DNA from: Psilocybe cubensis
Taxonomy: Eukaryota
Direction: 5' to 3'
Assembly (NCBI GenBank): GCA_017499595.2
Contig: CM039003.1
Coordinates: 372,001-436,000 of the forward strand
DNA length: 64,000 bases
The notes beneath the pieces were generated by a model, which worked only from the letters and a program-made list of their open reading frames with translations, had not been told where the DNA came from and did no database searches. How positions within the stretch are numbered: the stretch's first letter is position 1; every line of letters begins with the position of its first letter. A program made the position numbers and the translations under genes. Below, in pieces: positions 25,784 through 38,975 of the stretch.

Positions 25784-27503
25784 ATGTGCGCTTCACCCGA
25801 CTTTTTCTCGTTTCCCCCTCCACAGTTTGGCAAGGATGCAAGGAAACTATTCTTTTTGGAGGAGGGGTTCGTTAACCTTAACCATGGTAATAAAACCGTC
25901 AATCTCACAACATTTACAATGTTGCTCACAAAGAATAAAAGGTTCATTTGGGGCCCTTCCTATCCCAGTTCAGGATGGTTGTTTCGAGATAACCAAAGAA
26001 ATCGAGCGAAATCCAGATGTTTTCATGCGCCAAAAGCTTCTCGAACGCATCGACGATGCGCGTGAGCTAGTTGCTCCCATGTTGGGAGCCGATCCTAGCA
26101 CCTGTGTCTTTATCCCCAATATATCTACAGGAATTAACACAGTCCTCAATAATTTTCAGTGGACATCTTCCGACGTGATTGTACACAGTAAGCCAATCGA
26201 AATTTTAGCAGACTATGTATAGCTGACTTGGTACGAAAAAAAGCTGATTCTGTGTTTGATTCCGTACTGCTTTCAATCAACCGTATGCAGACCCCACAAA
26301 AGTCTGTCTTCAAGCTTCCATTTCCACTCTCCCATGCTGCTATTCTGCAAGACTTTCGAAAACATTTGCAATCTGTGAAAGGCAGCGGAAAAGTTGTGGC
26401 CATCTTCGAGACAATGATGCCTCTTCCTGGAATAATTCTTCCATGGAAAGAAATGGTTCGAATATGCAAGGAAGAAGGGGTCTGGAGTGTTGTCGACGGT
26501 GCTCATTCCATCGGGCATGAACTCGACATTGACCTTTCTTCGGCAGATCCCGATTTTTGGATGACGGCAAGTTCTATTTTGCAGAAAAACCTTGAGTTTA
26601 GACTCTTATCGTCATGTTAGAACTGCAGCAAATGGCTCTTCACAAAGAAAGGATGCTCGATACTCTATGTCCCTTTACGGTGAATTTGATGGACATGTTC
26701 TCTTATGGGCGGCTACACTGACTTCGAATCCTAGAAATCAAGAAATAATTAACTCAACCGTTACTCCTCCCTTGACTTACCCAACCCCTGGAAAGAGGCC
26801 GAGTAGCTTTGTCTCAAAATTCTATTGTACGTTCCAGAGGTATTTGTTCATTGGTGATTCAGGCTAACTACTGTTTCTTTAGGGAATGGGTCAACCGATC
26901 TCATGTCTGTTCTTAGCATTGAATATGGTTCGTCCATTGCTATTTTCTTCAGCCACAGCTTTTCTGAAAACAATGGTTGGCATAGCAATTGCGTTCCGAA
27001 AGTATATCGGAGGCGAGAAAAAGATCAACGACTACTGCCACGAGCTAGCATTGAAAGGGGGCCGCTGCGTCGCAGCTATTCTAAAAACGGAAGTCATGTC
27101 CTCCGATAGAATTGCAGAGGAGTTGATCGGGAACATGGTTAGCACCATTGCATTTTGTAGTATGTTTTAAATACACCACTAACTCCAACTCAGGTTAACG
27201 TATCACTTCCAATTCATCAAAGCATCAAACCCTCCGGAGAGATCTACCTTTTGTACCAAAACACGTTCCTAAGTACGTACAAGATGTTTGCTCCTATCTT
27301 CTACTACAGAGGAAAGTGGTGGGTTAGAATCAGTGCCCAGATCTATAACGATGTAAGTTTACACTTTGCAAAGCCCGAATGACGCTCACGCCGGGCCTCA
27401 GATCGATGATTTCAAGAAATTGGGGGAGAATTTAGTTGTGTTTTGTCAACAACTGGAGAAGTCATCCAATATCATGGGTTTCCCATCTCCACACAGCCTT
27501 TGA
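25784..27503 (+). CDS. Class-V PLP-dependent enzyme (Egt2/hercynylcysteine sulfoxide lyase-like fold; divergent)
   Basis: FVNLNHGSFG, VVDGAHSIG, PDFWMTNCSKWLFTKKG (catalytic Lys), W.GSTD, WWVRISAQIYND. One GC-AG intron at ~26567. Confidence 0.88.
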
Positions 27504-27871
27504 TCTTATCGCTGACGAGATATCCTCTATCACCGAGGCTGTTGTGTAGTTACTTGTTATGCATCTATTTATAGGTTTAGTTATCTATTAATAGCCTTCC
27601 CTTGTTTGTTTAAACTGCGGTCCAGATCTAATTAATATGTACAAGAAATCCGGAGAAATATCATCTTCTTGTTTTATTACCTCGTGTGGACCGAATGTCA
27701 CAAAAAATATGGGTAGGATGTCTTTTGGATCACGTGTACCTCGGTATTACTTTCGAGTTTCGTGTCCCCGACCCACAGACTGTCACTTGTTCATCAGTGG
27801 TTTATATAGACATATCTTGTTGATCAAGAAAGAACCTCTTAGAACCAGCAACAGCACCCACATTCTTAGCC

Positions 27872-30551
27872 ATGGATCCCTTCCTTCCCAAATTCCGTAT
27901 CCCTACCATCGAAAGACTCGGGGTAAAGACTTGTATGCCCGATGTAACAGAAAGCACGGCCGCGCAAATTGCAAAGGATTGGTTCGACGCTTTCTCCTCC
28001 TTTGCCCAGGAACAGAATGTTTCCGGAATACAGGGACTTATTTGTGAAGATGCGCTGTGGAGGGATCTCTACGCACTCACATGGGACATCCGCACGTTCG
28101 ATGGAATATCACGTATTCAATCTTTCCTCAACGCCCGCATGCAAACCATGACAATGCATTCATTCACTTGGAGGAACTTCGCTCGATTGCAGAGGCCATA
28201 TCCTGATTTGGTGTGGATTGTCGTAATGTTTGGATTTGAAACATACGTGGGACGCTGTAGCTTTATTGCTCGGCTTGTCCCAACCCCTGGCGGGTGGAAG
28301 GCCTTCACGTTATTTACTAACTTGGAGAACCTGAAAGACTTCCCAGAGTCTATAGGCCCTTCGAGACAGAGTGTACGTGTCGCTTCGAGCGCATGGAGAG
28401 ATCACAGAGAACAAGAAAACCGGTTCACAGAGTCTAATCCGGCAGTACTGATCGTGGGAGGAGGCCAGAGCGGGTTGAGCCTAGCAGCACGATTAAAGTA
28501 TCTCAATGTGCCCACTTTGGTCATCGAAAAAGATGGTAGGATTGGGGATTCATGGAGGAAGAGATACGACTCTTTGTGTCTTCACTTCCCAATTTGTGAG
28601 CACTTCCCTTCTCATTAAGAACGGTACACATCCTCAATCATCGATTCGCAATTTCACCGATAGGGTATGACAATATGCCGTATATTCCGTATGCGTTTAT
28701 TTTGACCAAATTCCTATTGTAAAACTTACGCAAGACTAGATTCCCCCCAACATGGCCGAAATACTCTCCAGGTTTCAAGGTGCCGTTTCAATTCGTAGCT
28801 TCGTCTAGAGCATCGACATGTGCTGATAGTTCTGTAGATGGCGGATTGGCTCGAACACTATGCTGATATCTTGGAATTAAACATATGGACTTCATCAACT
28901 GTACTGGATGCTGTGCAGCATCAGGATGAGACCTGGACAGTCCGAGTAAAGAAACCGGATGGGGTCATTCGCGTATTCAATGTTAACCACTTCGGTAAGA
29001 CGAAAACTTTGTCACTTTCTAGTAAATTATCATCAACATCACTAACTGCGTTTTTGTCTTCAGTTATTGCCACAGGGCAAGGTGACGGAGTTCCACGGAT
29101 GCCTTCTATTCCCAAAGCCGTAAGTATCGTTCTCATTTCATATATGTTTATCTACTTAAAATTTACTGACTTACTGGTAGGACATTTTTCGAGGAGAGAT
29201 TTTACATTCGTCGAAATACAAACGACCAACCAACTTCGTCGGCAAGAAGGTTGTTGTTATTGGAACGGGTAACTCAGGTGCGTTTCCATTCTGAGTCTAT
29301 CACACTTGCAGGTCTGAATGCTGTTTCTCTGTGACTACAAAGGCCACGATATTGCGAGTGATCTTGCGAGGGCGAAAATAGGCAAGTGACATCGGAACCA
29401 AACTCTTTCAATACTTACAGACTGTGTACGTACAAATAGATGTGACTATGTACCAACGATCAGCTACTCTCGTCATGAATCTCGATAAATGCTGGGATCT
29501 TTTCGCTGGACGTATGCAGACTGTTTTTCGATTATCCATTATGTGAAATGCCGAAACTAATTACGTATCTTAACTTCAGCCCTCTACAGTGAAACCTCGC
29601 CACCTAACGACCTATCTGATCAGTTGTCTCAATCCATACCTCATCTCCTCTTGGAGGGAGGATTGGCTCAACGTAACACCGCAGCCATTCTTGCCAGTCA
29701 GAGGTACGTTATTGACGTTAGATCTATTTTTGGATGTTATATTTTGCTGACGCAAATATCCTCGCGGGTTAGAGAGATGCAGGACGCTCTTAGGGAAGTC
29801 GGGTTTAAGCTTAACGACGGCGTCCTTGGAGCTGGAATATTGTTAAACCTAAAACAAAAGGGAGGTGGACATTACTTCGGTGAGCTCCCCGTAACATTCG
29901 GAATCCTTGCATCCGTGACAACAATGTCATTATAATAGACGTCGGCGCGTCCCAGTTGATCATAAACGGAGACATCAAGATAAAGAGCGACAGTGCTATA
30001 CTTGAATACGAGGAGCACGGGCTAAAATTCGCAGACGGAAGTCGTCTTGACGCCGACGTCATTATTTGCGCCACAGGGTAAGTCTTCTTATGTTTCTATC
30101 AGACCCGAGGTGACCAATTGTGGATCATACAGAGGTGGCGATGTCCGTCAGATTGTATCCCAACTGTGCGGTGAATCCGTAGCTTCAGAATGTCCACCAT
30201 TTTTTGGCGTGAATGAGGAAGGGGAAATGACATGGTTCCGACCGTTCCCTAGGAAAGGATTATGGTATATGCACGGTAAATGGGTCTACTCCTGACTGCT
30301 CAGACACCCATATTCTGACTCATTTTTTACTATAGGCAACCTTTCTCTTACCAGGTTCCATTCCAAGCACGTTGCCATGTGTAAGTGACTTACTACTCGA
30401 CATGGCTTCTGTGTGTTCATAACTAACATTTCATAATGCAGACATTAAGGCTATGGAAGAGAAACTAATCATATCCCGATACCCCTCCGACATGAGCCCC
30501 AAGTGCATTCAGCTCAGACAGCTTGAGTTGCCTCCCAACAGTGAGATTTAG
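27872..30551 (+). CDS. Flavin-containing monooxygenase (class B FMO with N-terminal extension)
   Basis: WRDLYALTWDIRT, GGGQSG (FAD), IGDSWRKRYDSL.LH, ATGQG, F.GEILHSSKY (FMO fingerprint), GTGNSG.HD (NADPH), GGGHYFDVG. Confidence 0.92.
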
Positions 30552-31281
30552 ATGCTGGACATACTATATAATTTTTCGTTCAAGGGTTAAATAATCTTCT
30601 ATTGAAATTTATTCCATTATTTATGCAGTGCTAATAAACTTGATATATGTACCGTAGAGGTGTATTAGGAGCATAACGTCGCCTCAACATTGAGGAAACT
30701 CGACAACCGACCTTAAACTGACCATCGATGATGATGAACATAATCTCATTGTTCACCGGCACCCTTCATTGAGGGCTTTGAATAACCTTCCTGTCATCGC
30801 GCAATGCGCTGTAATAGATCCAACTTTTAACACTGCAGCCAACGGAAATGACAGATCCACCTAACACAGTTACACACTGACAAATTCATTGTGGGTTCGG
30901 TATGTTGTGGTCATGGATGGCAAACATTACGCGGACTCTAATCGGACCACCAAACGCAATGTTGTGACGCTGTTCGGACTTCGAAAAAGTGATTAGTCAG
31001 AAACGGCTGAGTAACCAAATCATGAATGATTCAAACTTCAATCTTGCTTCAATCACCCCAAATCATCCTGCGACAACCCTGCGATTGTGAGCGCATTAAT
31101 ACTCAGCAGTCGTTAGTCACTAGTCACTAGTCACTAATATCCATTATGATCACGGCACTCTCACGTCTGACACAAGTCAGATAGCTTTTGCTTCGTACTC
31201 TCACTCTGCAGTGCCGCTGGCCTAGTATCCGCGAACTTGACATTGGAACTTCTTTGCATATTCACGGTGTATGCCCACGTC

Positions 31282-34200
31282 ATGGAAAGTAACAACTCTG
31301 AGAGCGACTCTGGAGCATCTCGAAGATGGTCTTTCAGACAACCTTTAAAGGCAATGGGTGCCAAATCATTCGACAAAAACAGTTAGTATATCCATACGGA
31401 AAGCGTTCTAGCATCGTCTTATTAGGCATCCCGTAGATTCATTGAAGCATCAATCGAAGTCAAGTTCAAAAGAAGGTAAATGGTGATTTAGCTCATGATT
31501 TGAAAAATTACCCTCAATTTTTAACCAGGTCAAACAGAAGTCGCTTCGAGATCTACAGGTTTAGATACCAGTACTCTGACTAATAGCCATCCTCATATAG
31601 GTGAAGGCAGCATAAAATGAAGCCAGTAGTCACGAATTCTGATACACATACTTACAGGCAGCGATGATACAAAGATTTCTGGGCGTAAGTTAAAGTTGAC
31701 AGGCAGGGTACTCCAAACCCTCGTGACGAGGGCGTTGGAGATCGCGGACCCTAACCCAGTGAAGGTCGCTTTGGGCCTTATCAAAACTATCATTGATGTG
31801 GCTCAAGTTAGTACTGCTTGCTTTCGGTGCTTTTGCAACGCTCAAGCATATTTGTATAGATAATTAAACAAAATAAGGATACAATAGCAAGAGCAATCGT
31901 CAAAACCGGGCAACGTCTGGAGCTGGTTGAAGCTACGTTGTCACAAATTACGCTAGGAAGGAAGGAAGAGGAAGCATTATGGTTAAATCATTTCAAAACG
32001 TGGGTCTCTTTTGACGCTATATCTATCGTTTTTTATAAAAAGTAATTTTATCCGTGCAGAGCTCTCCTTGATTCATTGAATGAATTGAAGGAACTTGACG
32101 ACAAGTCAAAACTGGTATCAGCTCTGGACCACGAAGATATTACAGTCACCATTCGAGGCATCTTTGAGCGCATCGACGATTCCAGGGTGGAATTGGAGGT
32201 GTGTCTGAGACCTTAGACTCATTCCGTCAATTTTAATGCTCACAAGGTTTTCCACAAATAATAGTTGGCATTAGGGATAAGGACCTTTAAGGCTATCTAT
32301 CAAGTAGACAAAGCGTTCAAGGTTAGTTGTTTATTCCCTTTTGACTTTGATTCGTCTAAGCGGCATCCTCCTACCCAGGATCAATTTCTGGAACGCCTCA
32401 GGCCTTCCAATATTGCCCACCATGATTATAATCTCGAAGGTCAAGAAGGGCAGATGTTACATCGTCGCGTTTGTACCCCAGGAACACGTGTTGGCATCCT
32501 GGGACATATTGTAGCTTGGGCTAAAGATATCTCGGAAACCAGTCCAAAGGTCTTTTGGCTTTTCGGTCACGTTGGATCAGGGAAGACCACAATTGCATAC
32601 TCCATAGCTCGACGTTTTGAATTTGCCGGAGATTCTGATGACACGATCGTCCTTGGAGCAAATTTCTTCGCTTCTCGACAATTTGACGAAACACGACTTT
32701 CCAAGTACATTGTGCCTACGATCGTATACCATTTGGCACTCAAATGTAAACCCTTTGCAGAAGCTTTGTACCATTCTGGGCGGTTGGAAGTGATCAACCA
32801 TAACATTGCCACTCAGCTTGACGCTCTCCTTTTTGGCCCTTGGAAGAAATGTGAATCTGCTCGTCGTGCAGATACATCGATTCCACAGCACTACCTCATA
32901 GTCATCGATGCCCTTGACGAAATAGAGCGAAGTGGAGGTTCACAATTTCTGCTTATTCTCTTTGATATTCTCAACAGGTATCACCAAAACGACCTCTACG
33001 GTCTAAAGTTCTTCTTAACCAGCAGGACAAACAAGGAAATCGTAGACCACGTAAATTCTTTGCTGCGCAAAGAAATATATCATCTACAGGATGTCAAGGA
33101 AGAGGATGCCCGTGAGGATATCTCCAAATACCTTCGTTCTTGTCTCCCGCACTTTGTAGGTCGTCCGGAACTGGATGCGCTCCAAGAACACGCGGCTGGA
33201 TTGTTCATTTACGCTGCCACATTTGTAAAGCTCCTGGAACACCGTAAACCAGCAGAACAGAAGAGGGTGCTTAACAACCTTCTTTCCAATCAGAAGGCGA
33301 GACAATCGCAATCCTCATTACAAGACTCGCAGATGTTACTCAACCGTTTATACTACGATATTTTGATTGATGCCTTTGGGAGTCACAGTGGAGATGAACG
33401 CATGGACCGGCTCTCGATATTGTACACTTTTCTCTGTGCTAAAGAGCCTTTGACAATAGCCGCTGCTGCTGATATTCTGTTCGAAGTTGACGTAGAAGAA
33501 GAAGATCCCGAATTCTCCTACCTCCCAGTGGCGAAGGACGTCGTAGAACGTCTTCACTCTGTCATATATGTCAAAGACGACAGAGTTCTTTTCTACCACA
33601 AGTCATTCCCAGATTTTATGATGGACAAGGCCCGCTCTAGGGACTTTTGGCTTGATCTACCAAATCATCATCGACGTCTCACCAATGATTGCTTCCGGCT
33701 CATGGAAAACATGTTACGTTTTAATATTGCCAACATACCAACCTCCTTCTATTTCGACGAGGAAGTTGGAACGATTAAAGCAGAAATTGAACGCAATATT
33801 CCACCAAGCTTGCGGTATGCCTGTCGGCATTGGGATCATCATCTATGCTCTACTGTTCCAATAACTTCTTCTGAGCCTCTGAACCAAACATTATCTTGTT
33901 TCTTAAAGCTCAAAGCCCTGTTTTGGATTGAAGCCATGAACTTGCTGGGGTTCCGTGGCCATTGCTACCCCATGCTTCAGGCCGCCAGAGATTGGACTGC
34001 CACACTGTCTGATACCAGTGCCTTATTAAGCCGACATTTTGCCGAAGCAGCTTATTTTGCCGTGTATTTTAGTGGAAGCCCTGCTTCCCTCTCAACTCCA
34101 CACCTCTATATCTCTTCATTGGCGACCTGGCCACGTAGCCTCCATCCTTGCGGGAACTGGAAGGCGCACTTCCCTCGAATTCCTCGGTTTCGCAATGCTT

Positions 34201-36597
34201 TACAGGGCGGGACTACCGTAATGTCTTTCCTGACAAATGGCGAAGTCATTTCAGTCGCTATATCTGCTGATGATACACATATTGTGGCTGGTTTATCAGA
34301 TGGGTCAGTGCGAGTATGGCATGGTTTGACGGGTGAGGTGGAGCATCTTTTGGAGGGTCATGATGATCAGGTCAACTCTGTTTCGATATCTGGAAATGGA
34401 GGATTGATAGCCTCAGGTTCAACCGATAAATCGATTCGATTGTGGGATACTTTGACCGGGGAGGCAAAGGGTCTGATCAAAGGTCATAACAGTATAATCA
34501 ACGCCGTCGCATTGTCGAAGGATGGAACTCAGGTTGTATCTGGTGCCAGCGATAAATTGCTTCGAATTTGGGATACGTTAACTGGCACATTGAAGGCGAC
34601 TCTCTTGGGTCACCTCGCCATAGTCAAGTCAGTCACTTTCTCCAGTGATGGGTCCCGGATTATATCTGGTGCGGCAGACAACTCGATTCGGGTTTGGGAT
34701 GTGTCCACAGGCACGGAGGTTTATTCTTTGAGTGGTCATACGGACTGGGTATATTCCGTTGCGTTCTCGGATGACGGCACAAGCATAGTCTCTGGCTCAG
34801 CGGATGGGTTAATCTTAATTTGGGATACTTCAAAGCGGGAAGTGACGAAGACTCTGAAGGGCCATATAGGGTTGGTAAAATCAGTGGCGTTTTCATTGGA
34901 CGGAACCCGTATTGTTTCCGGTGGAACTGACTGTTCGGTGAGACTGTGGAATGTCTCCACAGGCAAGGAAACCAACCTATTCAAGGGTCATGTCGATTAT
35001 GTGTATTCGGTGGCATTCACTGGAGACGGTACCCGCATCATATCCAGTTCAGCGGATAGAACTATAAGAATGTGGGACGCCGTAAGAGGAGAGGAAGAGG
35101 TGCACATAACTCAGGGTCACTCAAGTGCCGTCAAGTCAGTCGCTATTTCTCGGGATGGTTCTTTGATTGTGACTGGGTCAAGCGACAAGTCAGTTCGAGT
35201 ATGGAGCGGAGCGGGCCAGGTCATGCATGTGCTGATGGGTCACAAAGGCTCAGTAAACTCAGTTGCTATCTCGGAAGATGCAACTCTCGTCGTTTCCGGC
35301 TCTTCTGATAATTCAATTAGAGTCTGGGATGCTCTTACAGGCGAGCAAAAATGTTTGCTGGAGCGTCACACAAGCTCGGTTCAGTCGGTCTCGTTTGCCG
35401 GAAATAGCACGAGTCGGATTAGGTCTGGTTCGGGTAAAAAAATTATTCGATTGTCCGACGACTGGGACTTTGTGATGGAACAGGAACACAAGTTTTCGTT
35501 GAAATCCAGGGATAGTCGTTATTACAACCCCAGTCCGGCGGATTGCTGCTGGAATCGACGTGAAAAACCTTGGGTGAACTCAATAGCATTTTCACCCACT
35601 GCCATAATTGCTGTAGCGGGCCTGGATAACGGATTGGTGCAATTGATCACTGTCGCAAACGGACACCTGAGGAAAGTGACGAACTTACAGCGACATAGTG
35701 CATCAGTAAATTCTGTCACATTTTCGAGAGATGGGTGCAGAATTGTGTCAGGATCGGATGATGGGACTGCCCATGTCTCGAGCGTTAACCTTACCTTTGA
35801 TAGAGGAATAATTTTAGCGAAATGTGACCTCATTGGAACATTGGAATGTCACTGGCAAGTCCAATCAGTTTCCTTTTCAAACGACGGACGCCGTATAGCA
35901 GCTGGTCTAGCTGATGGCTCAATTATAATCTATCATGCGTCGAAATTCTATGCTCTGTACGGAATGTATGGCCACAGAAGCTCGGTCAGATCACTGACGT
36001 TTTCGATGGATAACACCCGCCTTATATCTGGATCCGACGATGCATCAGTCCGAGTTTGGAATGTAGCTTCGATAGAGAAATGGGAGCTGCAGGTACTAGT
36101 GAACCCTTTTCTTCGAGACCTTCAGCTAAAAACTTGCTATACCGCCTTAGATGGAACTCTGGTGTAAGCTGGAAAATGCGACGAATGGTGCACCGCCTTA
36201 CTCCATTTCTCCGGACGACAACGATCGCTTGGACATGATGAAGTTTTCCAACTTCAAAATGGGCGAAGTCATGGGCGAAGAAAGATTTCAGGGTCTTACG
36301 GACACCCTGAAACTTCCCCTAAATGACTGTTCTACATTCGAAGTAGAACCTCAAGATATTCGCTATGTTCATCAAAGGGCCTTGGTTATGGACAGTTTAA
36401 ATGTCACTGGATGGCTTTACATGCCACTCGACGTCAAATATGGCAAGTATCTCATGTTCGTTCCGCCAAGTGACCAGCTTCCAGACGACAGCAATATCAT
36501 AACAATACCCGAATCTTGCGTTTCGCGGGTTGACTTCACAGATGCGAAGATTGGGGATGAATGGTCATTATGTTATTCTCCGAAGCCTATGGAATAG
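31282..36597 (+). CDS. NACHT-WD40 (NWD/HET-E-like) fungal NLR-type protein
   Basis: CTPGTRVGIL, Walker A GHVGSGKTT, Walker B LIVIDALDE, AAGLFIYAAT, FYHKSFPDF, then roughly 13-14 WD40 repeats (GH...VAFS.DG..IVSGS.D.SVRVWD). Short 5' exons inferred from ATG 31282. An intron at 36093-36150 joins the last exon. Confidence 0.92.
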
Positions 36598-36819
36598 TGC
36601 AAGTGAGTCTTTTTGGAGTCATTAATTAACTCGCCCAACATACACAATAAATGAACACTTATAATCCGTCCAGAAGTATGAATGTATGATAGGTGCAAAC
36701 TTTACAGGGTGCAATGCTCGCCAAAACTAGAAAGGATACACAGGAAAGGATAAGAATACAAGGAACACTGTTGTACCTACGCAACCACAACGATTCATAT
36801 ACTCAATCACAATTAGGGT

Positions 36820-38329
36820 TTAAATGCCACCTCCACTGAAGATATAGTCTATGGCGCTTTGCACATTCCCCCCAGTAGCCAGCAGTGCACGTACATTCTG
36901 CTGGGCGTTGGTGAATCCCATATCCTGTAGTTGCTATTTGTATGAACTTGCATAAGCTAAAAACAAAATGCACAAAGACCAACATTACTTGCCTGAAGTT
37001 GTACTTGGAATCGCTCCTCGGGCGGTCTAGTATCAGCGGGTGCAGCAGGGGTGGAACCGTACGCGCCTAGTCCACCTGCACCTGGACCAAAAGGCGATCC
37101 CAGTCCAAGCATCTGTTGCATCTGCTGCATCATCGCAGGGTTGAACGCGTAAGGATTGGCACCTGCACCTGCCCCTGCACCCGTCCCTGTACCAGCGCCA
37201 GCGCCGGGAGCACCAAACAGGCTGAATGGATTCACAGGGGGAGCCGTTGTGGAAGGGGGAGTCGTTGGCGTTGATGATGGGTTCGAGGTCGAGTTTGTGG
37301 GAGCGTTGGGATTACCTGGGGCTGGGAACGACGGCGGAGGTGCACCGAAGGGCGACCCGAACCCGCCACCGAGCCCCGCGCCCTGGAACATAGACGCCAT
37401 CCGGAGCATCTGTTGGAATGATTCCGGGTTGGATCTGCACGAACACGAAAATCATAATTCAATGAGGATCATGTTGTGTGGATATTAATGATGGTGGAAT
37501 GTTCGAGAAAACACGTACAGCATTTGTCTGAATCCCTCGTCTTGGAATGCTGCCCGGACCTGAGGCCCCATCGCCGAAAGCTGCGGGCTTGAGGCGATAA
37601 CTTGGTCTATGACCGCAGGATTTGAAAGCATAGAGGACATTTGTTGAAGGAATTGTGGGGAATTCAGCATAGATTGCATCTATCGAGTGCGGGTTAATAC
37701 ACTGATCATGAGTGCTCGAAACGAGGGACGCACCATATTGGGGTCATTGGGATTCAAACCCATCTCTCCGAACGGGTTCAGACCAGCCATCGCGCCAAAG
37801 CCCATGTGTCCGTTGAGCTGCGTGAGTGGATCGTGTACGTTCTGGCCGGTTTGCATTGTGGGCAGCTGTTGGGGTGCAGGGCCTCCAGACGACGAAGATG
37901 GTGTTCCTCCGGAGCGCGAAACACCTTTCACCATATGAATGGTATGCGATGACTGAATCTTGTATACCGATAGCAGGTCTTCGTCCTGGTGAATGTAATG
38001 AGCTATACTATGATACGCAAAAGGGGTATAATTCTGCTCACCTTTAACACACGCCCTGTAGACGACATAAATGCATGAATAAACTTCTCCTTTCACATAT
38101 GATATCCTTATCACGCACCTGAATAGATCAACCTCTGTCTGTCCGCTTCGACATCCGATTTCGCAGCAATCGCTTGCTTGAGCTCCAACACAGTTTTATC
38201 AGTCGTTATCGATATCTGCAGCTTCAATTCACTCGGTCCTAAAGCACCCTTGTAAGCGTAGTCCTAGAAGACATATTCCAACATACCTTTGACATTTATT
38301 TGGATTTCTGGTGCTTGTTCTTCAGACAT
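36820..38329 (-). CDS. DSK2: Ubiquilin/Dsk2 UBL-STI1-UBA proteasome shuttle
   Basis: N-terminal UBL (IQINVKGPSELKLQISI...RQRLIYSG...HTIHMVK) and C-terminal UBA ([46 protein letters not shown]). Confidence 0.93.
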
Positions 38330-38975
38330 GGCGGTAGCGGTGTAAGCGTTGTTTGGTGTTGTTGTTTCAACCGCGTCATAATAGGGATGGTGCCGAAGAT
38401 GCCGAATTAGGGGCCATAGGCGCGGCCGCAACTTCAAGTGTAATGATTAAGCTGCCTGAGTAGGTGTGGGACTTGCAGTCAAAAGTAACGGCGTTTGATA
38501 TTTGGAGTATCAAGCTCATGCGAGCTGAAATCAGCATTTCTTGAACCTTTTGCAATGGTGACATTGGTGCTAAATCGGAGCCCAAACCATTACGCACAGA
38601 TAGCACGCAAAATATGCAAGAAAATGACTCAATGGCAGTCAGAATACTGGAGGCAGCCAAAAGAACGCGCAACCCGCCTGGGAAATTTCACGGCGCTTAA
38701 TTTGAATTAACACCCTGCCCAGTGGCACAGCCATATTTAACACCAGTTGCCCTAGTCCTCCTGTATGTTGGCACAGTTTGACAGGAAGTGTACCAAACCC
38801 TTAGCCAAGAGCAAGATCCCATGGTGTCAACCGCAGCCACTGCTTTCAGCATAGCATTCAATGTGGAAAGTCTTTCCAGCCTTTTAAGAAGCAACAGTGC
38901 AACCGAACAAAATTCATCGCACTTACTATCTCACTGCGTCTTTGGCCTTGATCTCTTGATCGCAAGTCTATCCGT

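Noticed and set aside
31114-31137. TAGTCAC x3 tandem repeat
   Set aside because: Ordinary short microsatellite with no further structure.
36056-36167. Apparent frameshift between the 1300-aa NACHT-WD ORF and the 148-aa downstream ORF
   Set aside because: Explained by a canonical intron (GTACTA 36093 to CTTAG 36150) that joins the two in frame.
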